A stretch of 63,698 bases of DNA, filler included, from Klebsormidium nitens (taxonomy: Eukaryota; Plantae; Klebsormidiophyceae), in NCBI GenBank assembly GCA_000708835.1. It is 4 parts of 4 records of this genome, joined end to end, with 100 filler letters (N's around TTAATTAATTAA, not from the genome) between each part and the next. Parts side by side here need not be neighbours in the genome. Positions count along the whole stretch, not along the records: positions 14,050 to 29,741 come from DF238003.1; positions 29,842 to 36,629 come from DF238330.1; 2 more parts are not named here. One strand, given 5' to 3'. Shown here piece by piece: positions 22,564 through 34,530 of this stretch. Positions within the stretch are counted from its first letter, which is position 1; each line of letters begins with the position of its first letter. The notes under the pieces were generated by a model. It saw nothing but the letters and a program-made list of their open reading frames with translations. It searched no databases and was not told the origin of the DNA. A program made the position numbers and the translations under genes.

Positions 22564-23802
22564 GGTGAGTAGAGTAAGCGCATCAAGTTTCGCTTTGCTT
22601 GGTGGAACAAGATGTCAAGCATGAACTTCGTTTCCTGTTTCGAAAGGTGGGCGCTTAGTTTCAGTCTTCTTGATGACAAAGCGCGCTTATGCAGGTCTTC
22701 GGCTGTCTTCAAAAGCCAATCCGGTACTTTAAGCAGTGATGTCCTGATTGAAAACCATAAAGAGTCACGTTTCACATCCGCCGAACATGCTCCCATTTTT
22801 TACTTTACCAAACATGACTCCTTGCACTAAAGATTAGACCCCAGCCCATTGCTACATCGCCAGCCAGCTCTCTATCGGCAACCAGGATCTCTCGGACCTC
22901 AGCATAAAATGAGATGAATTCAAATGCGCGAGCCAGCTTAGCACGAAGCCGAAACTATTTTTCGATGAAGCCCGCTTGTCTTTGCAGGTGGTTGCCGTGT
23001 TGCAAGATCAGCAGGTGCAGCTTGCGCGCATCGAGCGCGAGTCGCAAGCCTCAAGGGAGCGCGAGCAGGCCCTGCAGGGCCAGATGTCCGCCGTGCTGCG
23101 CGTGCTCGAGCGGCTTGTATGCGCGTTTTCAGGCGCAGACGAGCAGCCAGCGTCGCCGGCCCCGTCGGCCAGACCCGCTGCACATTCGCCAGTAACCCCC
23201 GAGCCTCGGCGGACGACCACAGGGTTTTTTGCCCGCCCTCCGTCGGCGCCTGTCGCGGCCGCTGCAGAAGCGGCTCTTCGAGCCGCTGCTGTGGCAGCAC
23301 GAGCGGCGGCGGCAACACACGCTGACGCCGAACAAGCCAGTACTCCCCCTCAGAATGAAAGCGGGTCAACGGGTGACGTGGCATCCAGACGTGCGACTGA
23401 AGCGGGCTCCCTCTCCGCCGACAACGACGAGATGGATCTTGAGCCAGGTCGGGCATCTTTCGATCCTTTTGCAATTGATTTTCGTCTTCTTTTCGGAGTC
23501 AAGTGCTGGGCGGGAAAAAGTGTCCGTCGATTGGAGCCGCAATAAGGGCAGCTCGTCGAAGCCGTTTGAGAAGGCCTCTGATCGGGGAATCGTTCCGATT
23601 GCGCATTAGCTAAAAGGCTTCAAAGGAATTTGAGACTTTCCGAGCTCATTCGTCTTTCTCGAAAAGATTAAACGCCCTCGTCAATCGAACGCGAAGCGCC
23701 AGGATGCGGACGAAGTGAAGGTACAGGGACCGGATAACCGGCCGATTCTCATACGATTCCAGGAAGGAGCTCAAATTGTGACTTCTTTGCCCACAGATTT
23801 AG

Positions 23803-25574
23803 GATCCTTTTCTCGTCCGTCGTCGGCTCCTCTCGCGGCCGCGGCTGAAGCAGCTCTCAAAGCCGCTGCCGAAGCAACACAGGCGGCACCTGCGGCTCAC
23901 GCGGCAGTTGGTGGGGCCAGCACGCAGAATCAGGACGCGCTGAGCGACCAGTGTGATCACGAGACACGTGGTCCAAAGACAAGATCCTGGATTACGGAGA
24001 CCGTCGGGGAAACCGTGGAGCCCGAGACAGGTAAAGCGAACTGAACCACGCATACAAGTAGATTTTATACTGGTCAGGTCGATTCGTTTTGCAGGTTCGT
24101 TTGGCCGCCCAAGTGCAACGAGGTGCTGCCGGTATCTTTTTAGACAAGGGATTCGAGAGGCTGCAGTAGTCCTGGACTCCCAGTTGCCGTTGTTAACTAG
24201 GATGATTTTGTTCTGAGCCACCGTTCTAACCTAAGGACTCCACGCACATGTGCTGGTCACTCACCCAGAAAGCTGCACAAGGTCAGGATGGTAGCGGATG
24301 TATCGGACGCAGAAAGAGTCTTTGACATTTGCTTCAGGTCCGGATTCCTTTATCCCTGGGTGTCCGTCGGCTCCTTCAGTTGCGGGCGCTGAGGAGGCGG
24401 CAGTGAGAGCAAGTGCTGCAGCCGCAGCGCAAAATGCTGACGCGCGACCTGCCGAAGCCCACGTGACGAGCCCGGAGCAGGACGTAGGCTTTAACCCCGC
24501 ACAAGCTGAAGGGCTGACTTCACAAGGCGCGACGGTTAGAGAGGAGACGGCTGGAGAAGGTTAGTTGTTTGTTTCATTCGTCAGTGTCCTTCAATAGGGT
24601 CCTTCCGAGCGAACGGTCAAATATGGAATGATGCTGATCGCGGCAAAGAACGGCGCACCTTACTGCTGCCCTTTTCGTGAGTACTCCCTTGCTTGAACCA
24701 GGCTGTTTTCAAACCTACTCAGTGCGTATGTCAAGGCAGTGTTACCCTGCCCTCACTAAACCACGGTGAGGGCTAGTTTCGGCCTCGATGCAAGCTGCGG
24801 ACTGACTGAGCTTTCTTGATGAAGTTGCTTAGACGGTCGAAACACTTGTCAAGCTTCTCGAGTGGACGCCCAAACGCAAGAAAGTGCAACAACAGTTCTT
24901 TGTTGTTTGGAAACACCTTTGGAATCTCGCTTTCTTATGATCCTGCCTCTAAGGTATAGACGGAAGTGTCGAGCGTTACAAAGCACGAGATGCGTCGATC
25001 TCGGACATCCTCAAATCCAAATCCGACTAAGAGGAATCCGTAGGATGAGATCTGACGTCGTGCTTTCATGTGAGCAGGTTTGCATGAGTCGGGGATGTCC
25101 GAGATGTTCCAACAGTGCAGGACTGCCTGATTGCAAGCGATTTCAGCTTCCTCATCAGGTCAAAATGCGTGGAAGAAAGTAAAGCTTTGTGCTCAATTCG
25201 TTCAGTCACGGTAGGACAGGTCGAAGCCGCTTGTCACCTTCAGCGCAAAGCAAAAGGGTTACTTTGCGTTAAGAGTGCATTGACGGGCCGGTATTCAAGT
25301 GCTTCTGAGACGTGGCTAACTTGAGTAACTTGAGTTGAACCGTTGAATTTCTTGTCTCTAGGTATGGACTACGTTTCCCGTCCTTCGTCGGCTCCTGTCG
25401 CGGCCGCGGTTGAGGCGGCCCTCAGAGCCGCTGCCGAAGCAGCTCAATCTGCTGCCGCGCACGCTGCAGCCGACGCGGCCGTCACCCAGGATCCGGACGC
25501 GTTGAGCGGCCAGGACGACAACGAGGCACGTGATCCCCAGACAACCGCCCGGAAGACGGTTCAGCCAGAGACAA
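23803..25574 (+). repeat. three tandemly duplicated phase-1/phase-1 Ala-rich exons (23803-24030, 24338-24559, 25362-25574)
   Basis: RPSSAPLAAAAEAALKAAAE / CPSAPSVAGAEEAAVRASA / RPSSAPVAAAVEAALRAAAE, paralogous to RPPSAPVAAAAEAALRAAA in exon 22988-23447. Confidence 0.8.
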
Positions 25575-26025
25575 GTGAGGGCGAACTTGAAGCATGTGTA
25601 GTATCACTGGTCGCCGTCAGTCTGCAGCAACGCTTACCTTGGTATAAGGTCTAAAGAGAGTTTCGATCTTGCCGATGTGGCTGACCGTCGCATCTGATGA
25701 TTGAGAGTCTTGCCTCAGTCATCCTTGCCATTTGTCGAGCAGATTTTGCAATCGTCCTGAATAGGTCTCAGATTACTTGAGAATGAGGTTCTGCCCAACA
25801 AATTCGTCAGGATGGGTCCGCTACTTCGTATCAGACGACCGAAAGATTCTCATCATGAAAGTGTCTGTCGGTTTTAAGATCTTAGTTATCTGTGTTGAAT
25901 TATTGAGGTACTTCCGCTAGAACGTAAGCCTTAGATTTTTGTGATGCAGGGGGTCCTTCTGAGACATGTTTATTATAACAAAGTCGGCACTCCCTCAACT
26001 TGACGCTCTTTTCTCCATTGATCAG

Positions 26026-26840
26026 GTCTGGGCGAAGGGCTCGACTTCGGAGCTTTTGAGCAGGCGACCGACAAGACGACCGTTCAGGAGGGTGGAATAG
26101 AGACGGAGGAAGCGACCGGGGAGGGCTGCCGGCAGCCTCATTCGGAAGTGGAAGGTGCGGAACAGAGTGGGAACTGTCCAGAGGGCCATCGAACAGGACC
26201 AGGGGAAAGCGAGGGGGGCGGGGAGAGTGGGACGACTTCACAACCTTGCTCGGAAGGAAACGATAGAGAAGACTCGGGGAGGGAAGCGGGAGCTTTTAGA
26301 GGCTTTGGAACAGCAAGCCAAGGCGATGCCGGGGCTAGCCCAAGTGGCTCGGGAAGTGTCGATTTAGGGGCTGCCGATGAGGGAACAATAGAAGATGCTT
26401 CGGTAGTCCCCGAGTGGGCTTTAAATTATATGATCGGGAGAAACTACACTTCGGTTGCAGAGGTCTGGCAAGAATGGGCCTACGGACAAGAGGGGTGCCC
26501 CATGTCTTTGAGACGGATGGAGGAGCTGTGGGGTACTCGCTGGAGAAGAGGACGGGAAAATGAAAGCAAACGTCTCTCGAAGTTCCGCAAGATTATAAGT
26601 TTGGTAGAGATCGTGTTGAGGCAGAGCAATGTAGGTGAGGCTGCAGCAGTGCAAGCCGTTGAGAATAGCATGATTGCATGCGGCATAGATCCGGCGCAGC
26701 CATGGAAGTATTGTGAGTTGCTTCGAGAGTCAAAGGTTGGCAATCGTGATGAACAAGATGAGCCCAAGCGGACAGGAAAACGCCGGAAGATATCAAGTCA
26801 GTCGGAGTCGAACAGGAAACGCCAAAAGTCCTCAGCTTGA
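26026..26840 (+). CDS. terminal exon of the Crypton gene with GCR1_C DNA-binding domain
   Basis: IGRNYTSVAEVWQEWAYG..SLRRMEELWGTRWRR..KRLSKFRKIISLVE; acceptor at 26025 is in frame. Confidence 0.9.
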
Positions 26841-28789
26841 TTGACGAATCCATATAGATTTGCAAGCTTACTAACTTTGCGAATTGTAGAACGGAAGGAA
26901 AACGTGATAATTGTTCTGCCGTGAATTAGCAAATTCAACAAGCCATTACCGCATACGAGTTGCAAGCCACAACTTGATGGACACAGCGGCAAACTTCGAA
27001 TGCCACTCCAAATGCATTTGCGTGTACACGCCTGCAATACTGAGGCAGCCTGTTTCGTCCGAAGTGTAGTATGTCAGTAAAACGTCGATTGGACTGAGAT
27101 TTGAAAGCAGATTGATGCACGGTGAAACCGCAAGTTTGAATGCAATTAAACGCCTCGTTGCATGTGCTCGTGCGCTTGCCATGTGCAGCAAGCATGGTAC
27201 GTATATGTACTAACGCGTAGTTTCAATCACGTGTCAAACTTAGACTGATCACTAGGTGATGAATAATGAGGAGATCCGAGATCGATCTGCACTGATACTG
27301 AACAGCTAGCAATTAGTATAGACTGTCAAAACTTGAAAGCCCATCACAGGCTTGACTTGAATACTACGTACAACCATGGCAATTGCTACATGAAAAAGAG
27401 GTCTCGATGAACGAGCACCTAAACGATATCACGTCCAGGGCCAAGTTTGATCGAGCTCAGTGACATGTACGTATGTTCGGCCAGTGGTCTAGGCTTGCAG
27501 TTACTTAGACACGAGGCTGTCCTATGCATGACAAGGTGAGGCGTAAATAAAGATGGTTCACCATAGATCTGGCTGACCAACTTGCTAGCTACGAGCTCAC
27601 TAGCTTAATTTCAAGCGTGACTAAAGGTTCTTCCCCACAAGCCACGATCATCATGCGGGGGAATTGAAGGGTCGTTACTATCTCCGCGGCTCGCACGAAA
27701 GTGTTCATGGCCCCTTTCTTCCGGACACCCTGCAGTTCACACAGATGTTGTTCGGAGTGAGATATTGGGCCCACACGAAGCTTCTTTCGATTTCGCCACT
27801 TAAGCTTTTACGGCCCCAACCTTTCTTCCCTCAACGGGCCTACTTTTGACAGAGTGGAAGCTTTGAAGAAACGTATAGCAATCCCTGTTAGTAAACGTAC
27901 ATCACAGAATGGATATATTCGAAAGGCAACCAGATTTGCTGTCGATGGACTCGACCACCCTGCAATCTGCTTCATCAACAGTATATCGTGTCGACATCAC
28001 AACAAGGATATAAATCGTAAGCACCAGGAAAGATAGCTTTTGCGAAGTCTTCCAATTTCAGCCCAAGCCTACGGTTCCGGAGTGAGGAAGTCTATGCAAG
28101 GTCTACGCTCACCGTACGGCAGCGTAATGGCCTCCGTTGCTCCGGAAGTGCTACGTTTCGGGGAAGTGCTACATCCTGCACTTCCCGGAAAGTAAACGTT
28201 AGCATTGAAGGATCTGATTGGCAGAGCAATGCAGGTACGGGATCGGAAGACGGCTATCCAGTCGGCTTTTGAAGAAAGATTGAACAGCAGTCTTTCAATA
28301 AATCAAAAGTCTGTAGTGAAAGGGGCTGAAGCATAACATTCGCTTTCTTAGACCCACGAACAAGCTGAGAAACATTGTCATACGTACGAGAAGCTGAACT
28401 ACGATATCATCACTACTGAAATCCAAACAAGCGTAAGCCCAATGGTGGGCCGTGTAGATATCCTCTGCCCGCGGCTGGTTTTGAAAGTCTAGGAGGGGTT
28501 CTGGATGAGCAGTGACTACTCAGATGCGGACACGATACTTTATACCTGCTCAGGTAGACCAGCCAGATCCTTGAATAATTGTTACCGTTACGAAGTCTGA
28601 CAAGCTCAAACTAGCAGAAAACGCGGTATTACAGACTATGTTGGAAGGACCGGAAAGCTGAATATTCTATATGTCTATGTGACATTGCAAGTCCAAGTCT
28701 GCCAAACCTATTGCTGGGCAAAGCTTATAGCACAGCTGCAAGTAAGACGTCTTTCTTGCGTGCTCAGTTGAGGAGAGATGGGCACTTAC

Positions 28790-29420
28790 AACTGACTATG
28801 CCCGAGCTCATCGTGCATTCGCTGAGGAAGACAGACAAATCAGAGCCACCATGAAGCTTTTTGATGAGCTTCTCTTCGTCACTTGCCTTCTTTGCCTTGT
28901 ACCCTGGTCAGAGCCAAAAGAAGCTCACAAACGCTGCCCTCCATCCTTGATCGACCACAAATGCATGAGGCCAGCTCCCGCCCAGCTGTGAGAGGTTGTT
29001 TGAGAAGCCAGTGCATTCCGCTAAGACTGGCTGTAAGCTACATGGCAATGTTGCATAATCACAAGCTCGTGCCAGCATTCACAATCTGTCCGAATTCACT
29101 ATCTTTCAAATTGCCTCTTAGCTGGGCAGCTGGACTGGCCTACATTTCAGGGCCCTGTCTCTGCAGCTAGACAAAAAGGACGCAACTTCTCACATTCTCA
29201 AACTTCCTTGTGCCGCCCATCATGCCTTCAGATGCAGGAGTCAATGCTGCACTCATGCTGCATTTGAGCAACGCGGTGTCCTATGCTCAAGGCTCTGTAG
29301 TAAGAGGCGCCATTTATTGAAGATCCTCTTCTCTGAGCAGAGCTGTCCTGTGCTAAGCAATCTGCTTACGTGTCTCAAGGCTAGGGTTCCAGCCCAGGCT
29401 GAAAACCCTAATATAACTGA
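28790..29420 (-). pseudogene. possible spliced gene fragments, unknown product
   Basis: Short AG/GT-flanked segments (LGWNPSLET; LGGSWPHAFVVDQGWRAAF; YKAKKASDEEKLIKKLHGG...); no coherent model. Confidence 0.2.
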
Positions 29421-29741
29421 TTGCGGCAAAGGGCCGGGCATGCATAGCTTATGACAATCGCTTGGGTTTAACCTAAACACGTCCTCAAGCCTCCAACCGT
29501 GCTCTGCTCCTCGTAACCGCCCTCGGGGCATCCGACTGGATGAAATTTCGTAAACTTTATCTCGTGTGTTGTACCGACAAGGAACTTCGCATCGAAAAAA
29601 CAGAGCCAGGCCGAAGGTCCTCTCGCGGCAGTGAAATGCGACGGTGGACCGCGGTGACCGGTCCGATCGTGCGACGCAGCCCGACGTTTCGCCGCGAAAC
29701 CGTGCGATACCGGCGGTCCGCCCGCTGAAATGTCATAAACT

Positions 29742-29841
29742 NNNNNNNNNNNNNNNNNNNNNNNNNNNNNNNNNNNNNNNNNNNNTTAATTAATTAANNN
29801 NNNNNNNNNNNNNNNNNNNNNNNNNNNNNNNNNNNNNNNNN
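29742..29841. other. scaffold gap with TTAATTAATTAA spacer
   Basis: N run. Confidence 0.95.
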
Positions 29842-29854
29842 TAGCGCCGTTACA

Positions 29855-31371
29855 GACGTTGTGTAGCACAGCGTGGAATCCGTTCCGACAGTCGGACTCA
29901 AGCGGGACATGAGGCACAGAAAGAATAACAGAAGACGTACGGCGAAGGCGAGCCATCTCGTCGATTACTTTCGCGCTTACGCGGATCTCGTCAAAAGCAG
30001 GATCTAAAATAACGATGCCCTCCAGCGTTCTGAAACGACTCAGTTCCACATAGTGACGACCCGCGTCAACATGCCTTGGATTTGCACCGCGAAAATCGAC
30101 AGCGCCTTTATCTAATGTCAAGCCTTGATTGTGGTAGAAAGTTCCTGCTGTTGCAGGGCGCAAAGGGAATTGCGAACGAGATATGAGACTTTCTAACCGC
30201 CGCGTAGCTTGAAAGTGACGGGATAATCTAAAGATAGGAGTCCAAAAGATTTCAATGGAAGGATTAGACTGATAGACATTACAATATCCCTCTCTGGTGC
30301 GTTTTCCGACTCTGGGTTCTACAAAGTGAACCCAAATAACTTGAGGATCTTGCCTGCCGATGTCGTGGAAACGTCGAATGTAACATGTTGCTCCGTTGTA
30401 CAGGCCGTCCGGAACGTCCACGTTGCACGTCACTTCGACCAGCAAGCCCACTTTGAGGCGAAGCTCCCAATACAGGGTTGCCGTTTCTGTATCTGCAAGC
30501 TCTCGAGCTCGCGAGAGAAAAAAGCTGCGGTCGTGCGAAGATAGACTGAGAGAAAGGAGAGTATCACGAGCGAAAAGCTTTAGTCCCTGCCCCGCAGTAC
30601 TGCTGAGCACTAAAGCGTTGTGTTCGTCTCGTTTCTTATGAGTTGCAAATATGTGCTTGTCAAAAGCAGAATAAGACGGAGGAAGATGAAGACGGTCAAA
30701 TACGCGAGTTTGGAAAAGAGCCAAATCGTCTGCAGTGTGAGCACCTATACGTAGTTGGTTGAGCGCTTGTGCAAAAACGAGTGCTTCACGCTGTCGCATA
30801 ATTTCCGTGAGTTCAAACATTCGTACGTTTTCTTCCAGATATTGCTGACGACGACGCCTCTCACTTTGATTCCCTCAAAAAGGTAATCATCCCATAATGG
30901 CTTTAGTTGAAAGAGATCTCCTGTCAATAAAGTCGGCAGGCCCCCAAAAACCTCGGGATTCATGAAGTTCTCCTGCAATCTAGAGCTGATGGTCTGGAAC
31001 AATTTAGCACCGGTGAGCGAAATTTCGTCAACAGCATGCCCTGTCAGATGCACGTATAGATCTCGCAAGAGCGCCTTGTCTTCGCCGGAAAGTCGCTCAT
31101 ACTCAGCCAATTTCTTGTAAATACGAATCTTGAAAGCTGAATGAATAGTCACCCCGTCTACATTGAAGGCAGCGCTCCCCGTAAATGCAGTCAGCAGAAG
31201 CTTTAAAGATACAGGATCGTCACCGATGGCTGTAGAAAAAGTCCGCACGATAAGCTGAGTAGCGCACCGGACAACAAGACTCTTTTCGGTGCCAGCGCCA
31301 CCTGTAAGAAATTCAACAAACTGCCGAGTAGACGGAAATTTGAGGCTTCGCAGCATGTGGTTGACGTACAA
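29855..31371 (-). pseudogene. PIF1-family helicase of the Helentron (frameshifted, Walker A mutated)
   Basis: GGAGTEKS (expected GGAGTGKS), TAFTGSAAFNVDGVTIHS, DEIS, FGG..GDLFQLKP, LTEIMRQ, RSQFPLRPA, QGLTL and YVELSRFRTLEG. Confidence 0.9.
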
Positions 31372-32420
31372 GCACGTTGAGAAAGAGTCAACATCCGCAT
31401 GTCTGCACGAAACTGATCGTCTGGCACCAGATACTGCGTGGTCGGCAGTTTCTCAATTGCTGGAGCGCCTCCACCTGGTTCAAAATCGGGAACGGAGCGG
31501 AATTCCGGCGGAATAGCGGATTCTGGCGTATCATCTTGTACTACTGACGGATGCTGCTGAAAGTCCGGTTCCACTACGTCATCTCGAGAATCAGTAGCGT
31601 CAAACACTGCACGCAAATGTTCATCATCTTCTGCTGCCCACGCATTTGCCTGTCGCTCTACAGCATCCCAGTCGACACCAGCGTTGTACTCGTAAGCAGC
31701 TACTTTTTCTTCCACAGTGTGTTCCACTTGCTTATAACGATCTTCGAAACTGCTGTTCCCAGACAGAAGGATACAACTGTCCTCTTGTTCATTCAGGAGA
31801 ATAACGTCATCTGAAGAGAAAGACCATGGGTAGAATTTAACGAGCAGTCTTTCGCGGTAGAAGAGTTCCGAATCTTCGGCTAACTTGTAACCGACAATAT
31901 GAAGGATCTTGGTCTTTCGCCTCTTTTTGAAGATTCTCGAACCACGACCGCCGCTGGCCTTACCGTCCACAGGATCTCCTCTGACGTTGGAAAGCTGGTC
32001 ATCGTTCGTCTCCTCGGGCGCAGCAGCAAAAGTAGACGAGGGCTCATACCACGTCGCGAACTCCGCGAGCGTAAGCTCAGCAGTGTCCAGCGGGCTGGGA
32101 TTCTGCAATCTGATAGCATATTTGTCGATAATGTTAGAAGCAATACAGTCTGTAGAATCTCGGGATAGACACTGTAATGCTTGATCGCTCTTGATTAGAA
32201 AAGTGCGCTGTGAAGGCGGCGACGACGGAACGAAAATATGTTCCCGAGATCTCCATCGTAACGGCAGTCCCAGACAGCCGTACACAGCCTGTTGAGCCGA
32301 GACTTCTTGACCACGAAGCAAAGCAGTGCCTGCGTGTCTAATCGTACGCCTGACATCCATATTACCTCTCCGCGCTTCTGCGTAGGCCTGATCCATAAGC
32401 TTGCTTAACCTGTAATCCGT

Positions 32421-34530
32421 TTTCATCATGTAAGAACTGATGTAGTTCGCAGCAGCATATATGGTTCCAAAACTACCTGAATATCCATGTTGGTCTCCAG
32501 AAGTTGCACGAGCCTGGGATTATAATTGTTGATGAAAATCTCGAAAGGCCGTCGACACAGAAACACGGCAGGCTTTGTTGAGCTCGCACGCAGTCCCAAA
32601 ATATATTCATCGACACTCAAGTTTAACTTCCCATAGAACTCGAAGCACGACAGCTCTTGACAACAGCCGACCTCATCAGACAGTTCCGCAAGTCCGCCAA
32701 CAATTCTACGATAAAATTGTTTGCACTCACTGATGCGATAGGATGACAAATAGTCCGGAAAGGGATGCAAAATCATCGTTTCATGTAGAGGAGGTCGCGG
32801 AAATCCGAAACGACAAGCTCATTTAGAACTCGTTGTCTTGCGTCGCAGACAGTACCACTTGCTATGATGATGAGTTTGTCCAGCAATATTTGATGCAGAA
32901 GCTCCTGATGCGGAACAGCTCACAAGTCCTTCAACGAAAGCAATTACCTGCGAATCAGGATCGATGCCAAAACGCGGTGCGCCGTCGATGTAGAACGCTG
33001 CATGCGTATGCGGCGATCCGCGCTGCTGGAACTCGTCACGCTAGAAGAAATCGGTCACCTTACCAATCAGACACGAGTACTTTTGTAAAGTCGATATCAA
33101 ATGACTTCGCCGATTGCTATAGCAGCGTCAACTGTCACCGGATCGCCACGGACCAGCTGAACCTTTTGAACCCAAGGAAGATCTAATGCTGCAGCCTCAG
33201 TTACAATCTTACCCGTTGACAGCTTGTACAGCGTACGCAGCAGACCACCCCAATGAGTTTCCTCCATGGTGAAAGTCGCAAAAATGTTGAAAGGACCAAG
33301 CTGCCGAATCATGCAGAAAGCTTGTTTCTGCCCCTGCCTATCATAATCCGGACTGCCTCTGAGCGCTTTCAAATCACGGAACCCCACGTTTTGAGAAACG
33401 AGAGCAGCACGTGTCGTCGGATCCCTAACTTCTCTAACTTTCGGAAAAGGTCGACCTTCCAACTTGTGTTTACGCAGCCGCAACCACGATTGACTGTTTA
33501 CAACGATCGTCTGATGATTGCGGAACTTGTAGAAAATCGACGATGCGTACTGCGCAAAGCGTCTGTCGTAATTAGTCAGTTCGAACTTCGTAAGCTGAGA
33601 ATAGCTCAAAGGCAAAAGCGGGCGCGGAAGTCCGTTGAACAAAGAAGGGAAGGCTTTCTCTTCATTCTGAGGATCGAACAGCATACCTACCGGCGTTTGA
33701 CCTTCGCTCGGCGCTACGTGAATAGCATTATCGAACGTTTCAAGCGACGTCGTATCAACAAGCAGAGTTTCCTCAGGAGGGAGTTCGCCCTCTTTGACTT
33801 CTTTAGTATTTGGCTGGTTCCTGAATTCCTCATCGGAATCGGAATCAGAAGAGAAAAATCCAGTTAAATCAAGCACGCCGCCTTCCTTCGCCGAAGCAGC
33901 TGACAGACTTGTGACATCAGCAATCCAATCGTACCGGATAGTCACCTGAGCTTCGCGCCACAGCGTCGCGTGGGATGTCAAGTACCTTAAAGCATCATAC
34001 AGCTTCGCAGGCCTCACATTCTCCGCCGCTTTGTAACAAGCTTTATACCGCAACTTGTACTTGATAGTAACAGGAACAGTGCCCTCACCTTCTATGAATC
34101 TAGGCAGAGCGAGCTGAACCTTGCTCAGATCAGCAGGAACGTTTACAACCAGCCCCCGTAAAGCTAACTGCCCCAATCTTCTAGGCCCGCCCGCCGAAGA
34201 TGGCGGCAAGCCCCGCAATTTCATAAACGGAATGACCAATGCAATAAGATCATTTTCCATACTTGTCAGACCTTGAAGAGCTGGATGCAGAGAACACAAA
34301 TCCGGTTGACGACAGGGCGCCATGGGCGGGGTTTTCTTTTTAGATATGTACCCGTAACAAATACGGCACAGCCATTCCTGATCATCTACAGACCGATGAT
34401 CCGTCAACCACATAAGAGCCTGCTCAGCACTAAGAGAAGTCCGCATATCACAAGGAACTATGCGCACAGAATGAGAAAACCAAGTGCGACGGCAACAAAC
34501 ACAGACGTAATCTGGACCATCGCTCAGTGT
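32421..34530 (-). pseudogene. Helentron Rep (HUH endonuclease) region, frameshifted with in-frame stops
   Basis: Rep motifs continue across a frameshift near 33130, a TAG at 33041-33043, a later TGA and a frameshift near 32460. Confidence 0.88.

Larger units (their letters stand above)
17067..26840 (+). mobile_element. CryptonF-like DNA transposon gene: spliced tyrosine recombinase (NDC10_II-like) + Ala-rich linker + GCR1_C domain
   Basis: Spliced exons give DGYTEEEKLRLAQAWL, SHQFCLRGDDAR (R at 20607), GKTNK-NGRLEYFGGIRH..CAVGAVA, KLTHAPRG (HxxR, 21544-21555), LGRW (21958), TSYL (Y at 21985), AGF..GYFFPR and QIFPWAD. C-terminal GCR1_C follows. Linkage of 17067-19300 to the core is inferred and the element ends were not found. 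Confidence 0.85.

Noticed and set aside
28145-28185. GGAAGTGCTAC duplicated
   Set aside because: Two copies only; no supportable function.
29731-29854. TGTCAT.. before and ..GTTACA after the second gap, resembling TG...CA LTR ends
   Set aside because: No target-site duplication, and the left flank does not continue the Helentron endonuclease; cannot be supported across Ns.
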